Source: an uncultured Candidatus Poseidoniales archaeon
GTDB taxonomy: Archaea > Thermoplasmatota > Poseidoniia > Poseidoniales > Poseidoniaceae
Assembly (NCBI GenBank): GCA_905181715.1
Contig: CAJIYT010000004.1
Location: forward strand, 75,185-139,184
Direction of reading: 5' to 3'
DNA length: 64,000 nt
Part shown: in pieces, positions 19,530 through 28,409 of the stretch
How positions within the stretch are numbered: the first letter of the stretch is position 1
Layout of the letters: each line of letters starts with the position of its first letter
Made by a program: the position numbers and the translations under genes
The notes under the pieces: model-generated
Seen by the model: the letters and a program-made list of their open reading frames with translations, nothing else
Databases searched by the model: none
Told to the model about the DNA's origin: nothing

Positions 19530-20384
19530 ATGGTTGATGCCAAGCAATTACCGATGGCCAGAGGCCTGGGGAAAACAGACCGTATCGATGCTTGGTGGAA
19601 ATCACCAATCGCCATGGCAACATATCTTGCAGTCATGATAGCCTATTCCACCTGGCGCGGATTCATGGAAGCTGATTTCTGGTTCTTTGCTGAATTCGGG
19701 CGCAGTGCAGGGCAACAAACAATGTATATCGAAAGCAATGCTAGTCACGTACTATCTCCTCTTTTCTCACCGATTATCCTACCTGGAGAAGGTAAGTTAG
19801 GAGGATTGATTCCTGAATTCCTCTATTGGATGAGCCCGGCTATGTTCATCTTGATTATCCCTGCTGGGTTTAGAGGAACTTGCTATTATTATCGCAAAGC
19901 CTACTACCGCTCCTTTTTTGCTAGCCCTGCTGCTTGTGCTGTCAGCACACCATATGACAAATATAATGGTGAAACAAGACTATTGGTGTTCCAAAATATA
20001 CATCGCTATTTCATGTATTTGGCGGTTGCATATATGTTCATACTTTTGTGGGATGTATGGCTCGCTACACAATTTCACTCTGGAAGTGAATCCGGTTTCA
20101 TCATCTCAGTCGGTACTTTGGTTCTCACACTAAACGTAGTCCTTCTCGGAGGGTACACACTAGGATGCCATTCTTTCCGTCACATGATCGGTGGTATTCG
20201 CAATAAATTTCGTGGCAATGGTGGTGCAGTAGCCGAGGCTTGCTGGAAAGCCTGCACAGGTCTGAACAAGCATCACAATAAATGGGCATTGTACTCCTTG
20301 TTTTGGGTTATGTTTGCTGACTTTTACATCTACATGTGCACTACTGGAGTATGGACCGATGTTGTCTTACTTGGAGGGATTTGA
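19530..20384 (+). CDS. sdhC: putative succinate dehydrogenase/fumarate reductase membrane-anchor subunit (atypical single polytopic subunit)
   Basis: Polytopic ~285-aa protein ending 1 nt before the sdhA start codon (the ORF can extend to a GTG at 19491). The call is mainly positional. Cys/His-rich motifs are present: GCHSFRH and CWKACTGLNKHH. Confidence 0.55.
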   Translation: MVDAKQLPMARGLGKTDRIDAWWKSPIAMATYLAVMIAYSTWRGFMEADFWFFAEFGRSAGQQTMYIESNASHVLSPLFSPIILPGEGKLGGLIPEFLYWMSPAMFILIIPAGFRGTCYYYRKAYYRSFFASPAACAVSTPYDKYNGETRLLVFQNIHRYFMYLAVAYMFILLWDVWLATQFHSGSESGFIISVGTLVLTLNVVLLGGYTLGCHSFRHMIGGIRNKFRGNGGAVAEACWKACTGLNKHHNKWALYSLFWVMFADFYIYMCTTGVWTDVVLLGGI

Positions 20385-22205
20385 ATGACTTTTGAATCCC
20401 ATGAATACGATGTTATCGTCGTTGGCGCCGGTGGTGCTGGACTGCGAGCAGCGATTGAGGCTAGCCGCCAAGGAGCAAAGACCGCAATCATTTGCAAATC
20501 TCTACTGGGCAAAGCCCACACCGTGATGGCTGAAGGAGGAGCTGCTGCTGCTCTTGGAAATGCTGATGATAGAGATGGTTGGAAAGTCCACTTCAAAGAT
20601 ACTATGAAGGGTGGTAAATACCTCAATAATTGGCGTATGGCACAAATTCATGCTCAAGAGTCCGCAGATCGGATTAGAGAGTTAGAGCAATGGGGTGCGG
20701 TATTCGATAGAACCCCTAAGGGCCTGATTAACCAACGTAATTTTGGCGGCCACACCTATCCTCGTCTCGCTCACGTCGGTGATTCTACCGGACTTGAGAT
20801 CATTCGTACATTACAAGAAAAGGGTATTCATTCGGGAGTTGACATCTTCATGGAATACACCGTAAGTCACCTATTGCAAAACGATGATGGCACCTGCACT
20901 GGTTGTGTAGCATACAATCGGGTAGATGGAGCAATGCATGCATTCTCTAGTAAATCCGTGATACTCGCAACCGGCGGAATCACTCGCTGTTGGTCTGTCT
21001 GCTCTGGATCGTGGGAATATACCGGCGACGGGCATGCACTAGCACTGAATGCTGGTGCCGAACTTATCGACATGGAATTTGTTCAATTTCACCCGACCGG
21101 AATGGTCTGGCCGCCAAGTGTACGCGGAATCCTCGTTACTGAAGGAGTGCGCGGAGAAGGTGGAGTTTTGAAGAATTCCGAAGGGGTTCGCTTCATGTTT
21201 GACAACGTTCCTGATATGTTCAAAGGAGATCACGCTGAAAGCGAAGAAGAATCAAACGAATGGGTTCGTCAAGTCGTTGCAGGTGAAATCGCAACCGTAC
21301 GTCGCCCACCTGAATTACTTACCAGAGATGTGGTGGCAAAAGCGATCAACAAAGAGGTCGCTGAAGGAAGAGGTTCGACCCACGGCGGCGCTTATCTCGA
21401 TATCGCTAGCCAGCGTTCACCAGAGGAAATTATCTCCAAATTGCCGAGTATGCATCACCAATTCAAAGAACTCGCTGGTGTTGATATCACCAAGGAGCCG
21501 ATGGAAGTCGGCCCCACCGCTCATTACGTCATGGGTGGAGTAAGAGTTGATGCCGAAACCCAAGAGTCGACTGTAGCAGGATTATTCGCAGCAGGTGAGG
21601 TTGCTAGCGGATTACATGGAGCAAATCGACTGGGAGGAAATTCCCTCTCTGATCTCATCGTCTTTGGAAAGAGAGCCGGCGAGTTTGCAGCTAAGCGTGC
21701 TACAGAAGTAGAGCAACCCCAATTGGATAACGCTGATATCGATGCTGCAATCGCCGCTAATCTCGCTCCATTGGCACGAGAAGGGGGAGAAAACCCTGGG
21801 AAGGTCTATGATGAACTGCGTGATATGATGCAGGAAAAGGTCGGTATCATCCGAAAGGAAGCAGAATTGGAGAGCGCACTAGAGGATCTGAAAGAATTCG
21901 CAACAAGAGTTGGAAAAACCAACCCCGGTTCGTCGATGATTTACAATTCTGGCTGGCACCAAGTAATGGATTTGACCAATATGGTCGAAATCTCAACTGC
22001 ATGTGCGCTTGCAGCACTGACAAGAACCGAAAGCCGTGGAGGTCATACCCGCGAAGACCATCCTGAACCAGATAATGGCATGTGGTCACACACAACCAAT
22101 GTAATTCGCAAGATAGATGGCGATATTGTCATCAATCAAGAAGAATTAATCCAACCCCCAGCGGAGTTGGAAGAACTACTCGACCGAGTAAAGAAGGAGG
22201 ATTGA
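20385..22205 (+). CDS. sdhA: succinate dehydrogenase/fumarate reductase flavoprotein subunit
   Basis: 606 aa. N-terminal FAD fold VIVVGAGGAGLRAA, then HPTG, the RLGGNSL motif and ESRGGHTRED. Confidence 0.95.
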   Translation: MTFESHEYDVIVVGAGGAGLRAAIEASRQGAKTAIICKSLLGKAHTVMAEGGAAAALGNADDRDGWKVHFKDTMKGGKYLNNWRMAQIHAQESADRIRELEQWGAVFDRTPKGLINQRNFGGHTYPRLAHVGDSTGLEIIRTLQEKGIHSGVDIFMEYTVSHLLQNDDGTCTGCVAYNRVDGAMHAFSSKSVILATGGITRCWSVCSGSWEYTGDGHALALNAGAELIDMEFVQFHPTGMVWPPSVRGILVTEGVRGEGGVLKNSEGVRFMFDNVPDMFKGDHAESEEESNEWVRQVVAGEIATVRRPPELLTRDVVAKAINKEVAEGRGSTHGGAYLDIASQRSPEEIISKLPSMHHQFKELAGVDITKEPMEVGPTAHYVMGGVRVDAETQESTVAGLFAAGEVASGLHGANRLGGNSLSDLIVFGKRAGEFAAKRATEVEQPQLDNADIDAAIAANLAPLAREGGENPGKVYDELRDMMQEKVGIIRKEAELESALEDLKEFATRVGKTNPGSSMIYNSGWHQVMDLTNMVEISTACALAALTRTESRGGHTREDHPEPDNGMWSHTTNVIRKIDGDIVINQEELIQPPAELEELLDRVKKED

Positions 22206-22207
22206 AG

Positions 22208-22963
22208 ATGACCGATGTGAAAATGCAGATCTTCCGCGGCGAAGAAGGCGAAGGCGAGATGGTTGAATACACAATCGGCCTTGATGAAGGAATGGTATTA
22301 CTCGATTGTGTCCACAGAATCCAGCATGAACAGGAAGCCGAATTATCCTGCCGCTGGAATTGTAAAGCTGGAAAATGCGGCTCTTGTAGCGCTGAAATCA
22401 ACGGTAAAGCGCGATTGATGTGCATGACAAGAATGAGCGATATCATTGAGGAAACCCCTGAGGATGAGGTCATCACTGTTCGACCGATGAAAACCTTCCC
22501 ACATATCAAAGATCTCGTGACTGATGTCTCATGGAATTATGAAATGGCAAAGGCTGTAGTTCCACTAAAGGGTCCCGAAGAGACCGATTGGGTTTTCAGT
22601 CAATTCGAAGCCGAGAGGGCTCAGGAATTCCGCACGTGTATCGAGTGCTTCATCTGCCAGGATACCTGTCACGTGCTCCGAGAATACCGCAAGTTCGACG
22701 AGTTTGGCGGGCCACGCACAATGGTTCGTCTAGCCAACTTTGAGATGCATCCGATGGACCAAGAGGATAGAATACCAGAGGTCAAGGATGAATTCGGTAT
22801 CGGTTATTGTAATATCAACAAATGCTGTACAGACGTTTGTCCAGCTGGCATCAATATTACCGACAACGCCATCATTCCACTCAAAGAACGCGTTGTCGAC
22901 CGCTATTACGATCCAATAAAGATGATTTGGCGCACGATTACTGGACGCAAATTACGAACTTGA
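22208..22963 (+). CDS. sdhB: succinate dehydrogenase/fumarate reductase iron-sulfur subunit
   Basis: 251 aa from the ATG at 22208, which is preceded by AAGGAGGA. Three Cys clusters: CRWNCKAGKCGSC...C, CIECFICQDTC and CNINKCCTDVCP. The longer ORF from 22082 overlaps sdhA and I rejected it. Confidence 0.9.
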   Translation: MTDVKMQIFRGEEGEGEMVEYTIGLDEGMVLLDCVHRIQHEQEAELSCRWNCKAGKCGSCSAEINGKARLMCMTRMSDIIEETPEDEVITVRPMKTFPHIKDLVTDVSWNYEMAKAVVPLKGPEETDWVFSQFEAERAQEFRTCIECFICQDTCHVLREYRKFDEFGGPRTMVRLANFEMHPMDQEDRIPEVKDEFGIGYCNINKCCTDVCPAGINITDNAIIPLKERVVDRYYDPIKMIWRTITGRKLRT

Positions 22964-23011
22964 ATCGGTGTTTACCGATTGTAACTCGTGTTCATCGAAG
23001 AACTGAAGATG

Positions 23012-23371
23012 CTAAATCCAGACATCATTGTCTGCCGTTAGTTCACTTCCAGCAGCACCGGTATTAACCACATCACGAGGTTCGACTATCATAATCTTAC
23101 ATTCGTGTTCAGCGCTTGGCCTATGCTCGATACCCTTTGGAACCACGTACATTTCGCCTGCATTAATTTCAATCGTTCGATCTTTGAATTCAAGATTCAT
23201 GCTGCCTTCGATGACTATGAACACCTCATCGGTATGCGAATGATTGTGCCAGACAAATTCATCCTGTATTTTGACTAATTTGAACTGGTAATCATTCATT
23301 TCTGCGATGACTTTTGGCGTCCAATGTTCGGAAAATTTTGAAAACTTTTCAGAAAAAATGATTTTCTCCAT
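23012..23371 (-). CDS. cupin domain protein
   Basis: 119 aa. Cupin motifs HSHTDEVFIVIEG and GEMYVVPKGIEHRP. Confidence 0.7.
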   Translation of the reverse strand: MEKIIFSEKFSKFSEHWTPKVIAEMNDYQFKLVKIQDEFVWHNHSHTDEVFIVIEGSMNLEFKDRTIEINAGEMYVVPKGIEHRPSAEHECKIMIVEPRDVVNTGAAGSELTADNDVWI

Positions 23372-23550
23372 AAAGAATGTGAATGGCTGCTGTTACTTCT
23401 TCTTATGGCTTTCTTTTTGATAATCATGGATTATCAGTAACTAATTTATCGGTAACAATGACCGTATATCGTCATCTACCTGTGGAATAGAAGGCTAATT
23501 TGGCCTTAACTTCACTAAAATTAATGTACTGACGTAGTCCGGTAGCAATT

Positions 23551-23880
23551 ATGGTTAATGTTACTATGAGAACTGGTCTCTTTTTGCTATTAGGATCAGT
23601 TGTAGCAATTATTTTGGGATTTGTGTTTCTAAATGGTGCAATGGGGGGTTTCAACGATAGTATTGAATCCACCGAATGTAACAAGCTTCCTTGGTTCGAT
23701 TCGTTAATTAATCCACCTGAATGCTCCTCGGATGGGGATTGGGGAATAGGTTCTCTATGTTGTGGAATTATATTCATCTTGATTGGATTTGGGGTTGCCA
23801 TTAGCGCGGTAGTGACTCTAATTACTGGCATGGCTAGTGACAATAGACAAGTGATAATAATTCAACAACAAGACGATTGA
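23551..23880 (+). CDS. small membrane protein (hypothetical)
   Basis: 109-aa ORF with two hydrophobic helices flanking a Cys-containing loop. An antisense ORF of similar size also exists, so coding status is uncertain. Confidence 0.3.
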   Translation: MVNVTMRTGLFLLLGSVVAIILGFVFLNGAMGGFNDSIESTECNKLPWFDSLINPPECSSDGDWGIGSLCCGIIFILIGFGVAISAVVTLITGMASDNRQVIIIQQQDD

Positions 23881-23882
23881 AT

Positions 23883-24389
23883 CTATGATTGCAAAAGTGT
23901 AACTATTTCGCCAACACCAATATTTCCACCTTGAATAACACGCGCATACCAACCGCGTAATCCATTACTTTCTTGCAGTAATTGCTTGATGTGTGTTTTC
24001 CCAATCGCAGGTATCTGTGATAATTTACTACATGGGTCACAAATTCTGCTAACCTGTAGAATGACTTCATCACCTACACTCAATCTCATATCCGGCATTA
24101 GATTTGTAAAATGAATACCGTCAAGCAAGATATTCTCGCCAAAATCGCCAGGTTGAATAGAAAAACCTCGTAACTTTAATTCTTCTAATTCCGCTATTGT
24201 GAGTAATAGTATAGCCATATCAGGGTCGCCTTTCTTCTTATTGTAACGAAACTTATTGGAATCGCCAATAATGCCCTCTTTTGTCAATGTAACTGATTTG
24301 ATGCTCTGTTTAGGAAGTGAAAACCCATCTGGTATTCCTTCCATTGGACCACAAAAGATACCCTCAATAACACCAGTAATGGGTTCCAT
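23883..24389 (-). CDS. MOSC domain protein
   Basis: 168 aa. Contains GDFGENILLDG and the conserved Cys context SRICDPCSKL, both typical of MOSC/YiiM-like domains. Confidence 0.75.
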   Translation of the reverse strand: MEPITGVIEGIFCGPMEGIPDGFSLPKQSIKSVTLTKEGIIGDSNKFRYNKKKGDPDMAILLLTIAELEELKLRGFSIQPGDFGENILLDGIHFTNLMPDMRLSVGDEVILQVSRICDPCSKLSQIPAIGKTHIKQLLQESNGLRGWYARVIQGGNIGVGEIVTLLQS

Positions 24390-24461
24390 ATTGAAATGGA
24401 TTCAGCGATATTACTTCACCATTTAGGCAAGAACTCTTGATTCATAATTGGATTAAGATGT

Positions 24462-26429
24462 TTAATTTTCATCTTCTTCGTCAATAATCTCTTCTGTTCG
24501 CACTGAGAAGGTTAGAACTTCTGGATTTTGAATTGCAACTAAGCCCCTGATATTATGCATTTCACGTAATAACTCGGTCGGAGTGGCGACTTTGATTTTA
24601 CTGCCTTTTATTTGGATTAAATTACCAGGTGCAGCCTCAATTCCACCATCAGGAAGCCAGAGACCAAGTGCTCCTATTTCTGCATGATGAGTAACCACCA
24701 ATGCTCTTCCATCATCATCTTCATCGATTCGTAATACAGTCAATGGCTGGCCGGCAGGAATGAGGCGAGATACGTCTTGCCATTCTGTCCAAGTTTCATC
24801 CAATGGCTTGGAAAACTCAGAACTACGTTGATCTATTTCGGTGATTTTGGTTTCAAATTCATCCCTTACATCTTCATGAATATCATTTAGTCCATCAAGT
24901 AATTGTCGCAATCCCTCGAACTGATTTTGTTCGTTGTCATTGATTGCCGTATTGGCTAATAAAAGATAATCTGCGAGTTTCTCTAAGCGATCTCTTTGTT
25001 CAGATTCAATAGCGCATTCCATGGCCTCATCAAACACCTCAATCGCTAAACCTGGACAATCAACTGCAAGAAGGGCTTTGCCAATACCAGTCAAAATGTC
25101 TGTTGATTCTGCCTTGCTATTTTGCACTAGTGATGCGGCTGCTTTGATATGTGAAGATGCCAGTTCCTCATCTCCATTGAAATGACGGGATATGGCTGCA
25201 GTGACAAGATGTGGAATACGAGATGCACCAATCTGTTGAGCTTGACGATCTGATGTTTCAAACAATGGTGCTGCCCTTGACCAATCATCTGTTGCTAAAG
25301 CAAGCAATCCCAATTGATGCATTGCTCGCATCTCTGCTCCTACATCATCAACAAGTGTCGCAAAATGTAGTGCTCTCGATAGATGTAAACGCGAAACTGC
25401 AAGTCTTCCAGACATTTTAGCCATTAATCCCAACGCAGATTCCATTCGATACAGATGTCCAGCCATTGCGCGGTGTGCTATTTCAGCCATATCTTCGCCT
25501 AAAGGCGCTAACCCGATACCAGTTGATTCTAACACTTCACTCAATATTTGAGCGGTTTTGTCATACTTTTGAACTACATCATCTGAACTCTCAGACGAGG
25601 AAATTGAAGTTAAATGTTGATCAAGTCTTGCAACAGGTGCACAGATTTCAGGTAGTGAGCCGAGTTTGTTGAGAAGCGATTTTTTGATTACCTCGCCACG
25701 AATAGAGCGAATTAGCCCTGCAATCATTTTCCTTTCATCTGAAATCGTGGAAGAATCTTCTTCAGAATCGAGATTTACTTGTGATGTCAATAATGAGTCA
25801 ACCATCCAGGTCAACTTCTCTTGAATATCATATTCACCTGCACGACTGATAGCATACCTCATTTCAGCAGCACGAACTCTTCTAGATAAACTTCGTAAGC
25901 AATTTCTTTGGTTTTCTGGGCCTAAATTGGAAAGTCGTTGTAAAAAAGTAGATGGTGGGCATGTGTCAAAACCGAAACTTGAACCACTGCCAGTCAATGT
26001 CATCTTAAAATCGTCAGAAACCAATGTTACATCTTTTCCTTCTTTCGACATTTTTGTTGCAAGGACCATCAATGAAAGATCCACGTCTTGAGGTGATGCT
26101 TTTTCTCCAATCCTTTTCGCAAGGGTACGGATTTCTGATTCATCAATTGTTATTGTGTTCAGAACATCCTGCATTTTATCCAGTAGATTCGGCTTATCGG
26201 GCCATCTTTTGAACTTCACAGTTCGAACTTCGTCATGAACGCCTGGGGTGACAAAAATACTCATTGACTCGTTTTCTAAGGTTTTTTGCAAATCCCTAAT
26301 GAAACTTTCAGGAGCCATTTCGCCAATATGAATGAAACAATTTGAATCAACTACCCAGACACTGGTCATAAGTCTCCCTAGGGGAGGTGGTAGTAGATTT
26401 TTTGCATTCTGCTTTAATTCAGAATACAC
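24462..26429 (-). CDS. large PIN-domain protein with a helical-repeat middle region and a small beta-rich C-terminal domain
   Basis: 655 aa. The N-terminal ~140 aa carry PIN-like acidic positions (VWVVDSNCF, HDEV, QDVDLS, LVSDD). The middle ~350 aa are helical and TPR-like. The C-terminal ~110 aa are beta-rich. Confidence 0.5.
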   Translation of the reverse strand: MYSELKQNAKNLLPPPLGRLMTSVWVVDSNCFIHIGEMAPESFIRDLQKTLENESMSIFVTPGVHDEVRTVKFKRWPDKPNLLDKMQDVLNTITIDESEIRTLAKRIGEKASPQDVDLSLMVLATKMSKEGKDVTLVSDDFKMTLTGSGSSFGFDTCPPSTFLQRLSNLGPENQRNCLRSLSRRVRAAEMRYAISRAGEYDIQEKLTWMVDSLLTSQVNLDSEEDSSTISDERKMIAGLIRSIRGEVIKKSLLNKLGSLPEICAPVARLDQHLTSISSSESSDDVVQKYDKTAQILSEVLESTGIGLAPLGEDMAEIAHRAMAGHLYRMESALGLMAKMSGRLAVSRLHLSRALHFATLVDDVGAEMRAMHQLGLLALATDDWSRAAPLFETSDRQAQQIGASRIPHLVTAAISRHFNGDEELASSHIKAAASLVQNSKAESTDILTGIGKALLAVDCPGLAIEVFDEAMECAIESEQRDRLEKLADYLLLANTAINDNEQNQFEGLRQLLDGLNDIHEDVRDEFETKITEIDQRSSEFSKPLDETWTEWQDVSRLIPAGQPLTVLRIDEDDDGRALVVTHHAEIGALGLWLPDGGIEAAPGNLIQIKGSKIKVATPTELLREMHNIRGLVAIQNPEVLTFSVRTEEIIDEEDEN

Positions 26430-26510
26430 TGTTAAAATGGAATCGGGAATTAAAGGGCCATTATTTAGGAATCAATAAGAGCCCAAATCGATTTTTTGGT
26501 TTAGCACCAA

Positions 26511-26726
26511 TTACTCAATTGCGATATTGCTTTTGAATGTTGCAGGGCAAGTGTTCACTCCAAATACCCGGTAAAATGGGCACCATCCGAAGACCGAAGT
26601 AAGAACACTCCACAATCCAAATAATAAGAATATAATTTCCCAATTTGCATTAGCTAAGTAATCAAATAAAACTACACCGACACCGGTGGAGAGTCGCAAA
26701 ACTCTATCTAAAATTCCAATATTCAC
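26511..26726 (-). CDS. DUF2892 (YgaP-like) small membrane protein
   Basis: 71 aa. DRVLRLSTGVGVVLF ... GWCPFYRVFGVNTC matches the DUF2892 pattern. Confidence 0.65.
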   Translation of the reverse strand: MNIGILDRVLRLSTGVGVVLFDYLANANWEIIFLLFGLWSVLTSVFGWCPFYRVFGVNTCPATFKSNIAIE

Positions 26727-26740
26727 ATTATCCCCTCTGA

Positions 26741-26908
26741 TTACTTAAATATCTCTTCTATCTCTTTAGCGGCTAACATTATTGTTGGAGCCCAAAGCCC
26801 TACAAATATTCCCAATGTTTCATTACTTTGTGTAAAGTAAAGGAACAAAGATCCTACAATCGACATCATACTAGCACAAAACCCTATTTTCCTTGACCTT
26901 CCAAGCAT
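26741..26908 (-). CDS. possible unannotated 55-aa membrane ORF
   Basis: My own translation of the minus strand gives MLGRSRKIGFCASMMSIVGSLFLYFTQSNETLGIFVGLWAPTIMLAAKEIEEIFK*. It falls below the 60-aa cutoff of the ORF track and fills an otherwise empty ~300-nt gap. No homology is known to me. Confidence 0.2.
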   Translation of the reverse strand: MLGRSRKIGFCASMMSIVGSLFLYFTQSNETLGIFVGLWAPTIMLAAKEIEEIFK

Positions 26909-27035
26909 ATTTCTCACTAAACCAAGTTTTACCAGTTTGCTTATTAAATGGTGTTCACCACCAAAAGAGAAAATTCACCAGTGGTAGTGTACAGTAATAT
27001 AAATATCAAACTGCTAAGCACTACTCGGGTAGAAC

Positions 27036-27395
27036 ATGTCTTGGCATACCGCATTAAAGGAAAGTAAATTGAAAATCGGTAAGAAAAAGATGATAACCGT
27101 TGCTAGAAAGATGGTTCTCGTTGGTAGGACTGACGACGGATACTTTGCAACTGAAGCTCTCTGTCGCCATATGAGATGGCCACTTGCATATGGAGGTAAA
27201 GTCAAAGATGGCTGTATCAGGTGCCCGCTACATCAAACAACACACAAACTCGATGATGGAGAATTAGTCGAATGGTCCCCTTTTCCTCTTTTTCCACCTT
27301 ATGGTAAACTATTAGGAAAAATGTCGAAGAAAAAAGATCTGAAGGTCTATGAAACTCGCCTCAAGGACGGGAATATCGAGATTAAAATAGAGTGA
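27036..27395 (+). CDS. small Rieske [2Fe-2S] domain protein
   Basis: 119 aa with the Rieske ligand motifs CRH ... CPLH at typical spacing. Confidence 0.7.
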   Translation: MSWHTALKESKLKIGKKKMITVARKMVLVGRTDDGYFATEALCRHMRWPLAYGGKVKDGCIRCPLHQTTHKLDDGELVEWSPFPLFPPYGKLLGKMSKKKDLKVYETRLKDGNIEIKIE

Positions 27396-27544
27396 TCAAA
27401 GGCTAGCGCCAGGTTCTGGCCATAATATTGCACACTGGAAACGAACGATGTTTCTGTCAATAAATCATTGAGTATGAAATTATACTTCCCTTGTGGTTAA
27501 TTGTGAGATGCCATGAGAGTAAGAGGAATTGCTAATTATCAAGG

Positions 27545-28339
27545 TTGGCAGGAGAGGATAGAGGGAGTATAATCGGAAAAATTCGTCTCCACCAATTTCT
27601 ATCTAAATGTGGTTATTTTTCTTCCAAAGAAGAGGTCAAGCAAGCCATCTGGAGTGGAGACATAACCGTTAATGGGAAGATTACCAAGCATATTGCGTTT
27701 GAATTCAATCCTTCTACCCGTATAGTGATGTATCGCGGAATAGAACTCAAACTTCCAGAGACAAACATCTATTTTCTTTTGAATAAACCCGTTGGATGTA
27801 TTTGTTCTCGCTTGAACTCACATGAACGAGAATTGGAAAAAAAGTCAGTTTACGAACTCTTTCGAAGCGATGTATCTGCTTCGGTTTATGAATCGCTCGT
27901 AACAGTGGGGAGATTAGATGAGGATACTACGGGATTATTGTTAGTTACATCAGATGGCCATTTAGTGAACCGAATTACAAAGCCTGAAAATAAGGTTAAC
28001 AAATCTTACAAGGTTGATTGTTATGATTTACTGAGTGAATCACAACTTGTTTCTTTGCGTGAAGGGGTTGAGGTAGTGGTTAATGACCATGGCTCAACTG
28101 AGACCTACCGTGCTCTTCCAGCAATAGTTGAACTTGAGCATGATCACTGTGCCATTGTTACCATCAGTGAAGGTAAGAAGCGACAAATACGTCGGATGTT
28201 TACATCGATTGGTAATGAAGTAAAACATTTGCATCGTCTTTCAACTGAAGGTATGATCCTATCGGATTACAACCTCAATCCAGGTGAGTATTGCACTATA
28301 ACTCTTGAAGATATTGAACGCGTTATATTTGCTTCCTAG
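27545..28339 (+). CDS. pseudouridine synthase, RsuA/RluB family, with N-terminal S4 domain
   Basis: 264 aa (TTG start in the ORF track). S4-like IRLHQFLSKCG..., the catalytic motif GRLDEDTTGLLL, and a KRQIRRMF motif. Confidence 0.85.
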   Translation: MAGEDRGSIIGKIRLHQFLSKCGYFSSKEEVKQAIWSGDITVNGKITKHIAFEFNPSTRIVMYRGIELKLPETNIYFLLNKPVGCICSRLNSHERELEKKSVYELFRSDVSASVYESLVTVGRLDEDTTGLLLVTSDGHLVNRITKPENKVNKSYKVDCYDLLSESQLVSLREGVEVVVNDHGSTETYRALPAIVELEHDHCAIVTISEGKKRQIRRMFTSIGNEVKHLHRLSTEGMILSDYNLNPGEYCTITLEDIERVIFAS

Positions 28340-28409
28340 TTACTTTAATCGGAAATTCTACTTGAATTCACTATATCCGTATTTAACGATGTAAATTGGA
28401 ATCGAGTCT

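Noticed and set aside
22082-22207. N-terminal extension of sdhB in the ORF track (start at 22082, overlapping sdhA by 124 nt)
   Set aside because: The ATG at 22208 is preceded by AAGGAGGA and lies 2 nt after the sdhA stop. The extension has odd composition (Cys/Arg/His-rich) and no homology to FeS subunits that I know.
22963-22980. Hairpin AATCGG-tgttta-CCGATT right after the sdhB stop, considered as a terminator
   Set aside because: The stem is only 6 bp and AT-containing, with no following T-tract. Archaeal terminators are not hairpin-dependent, so it is too weak to annotate.
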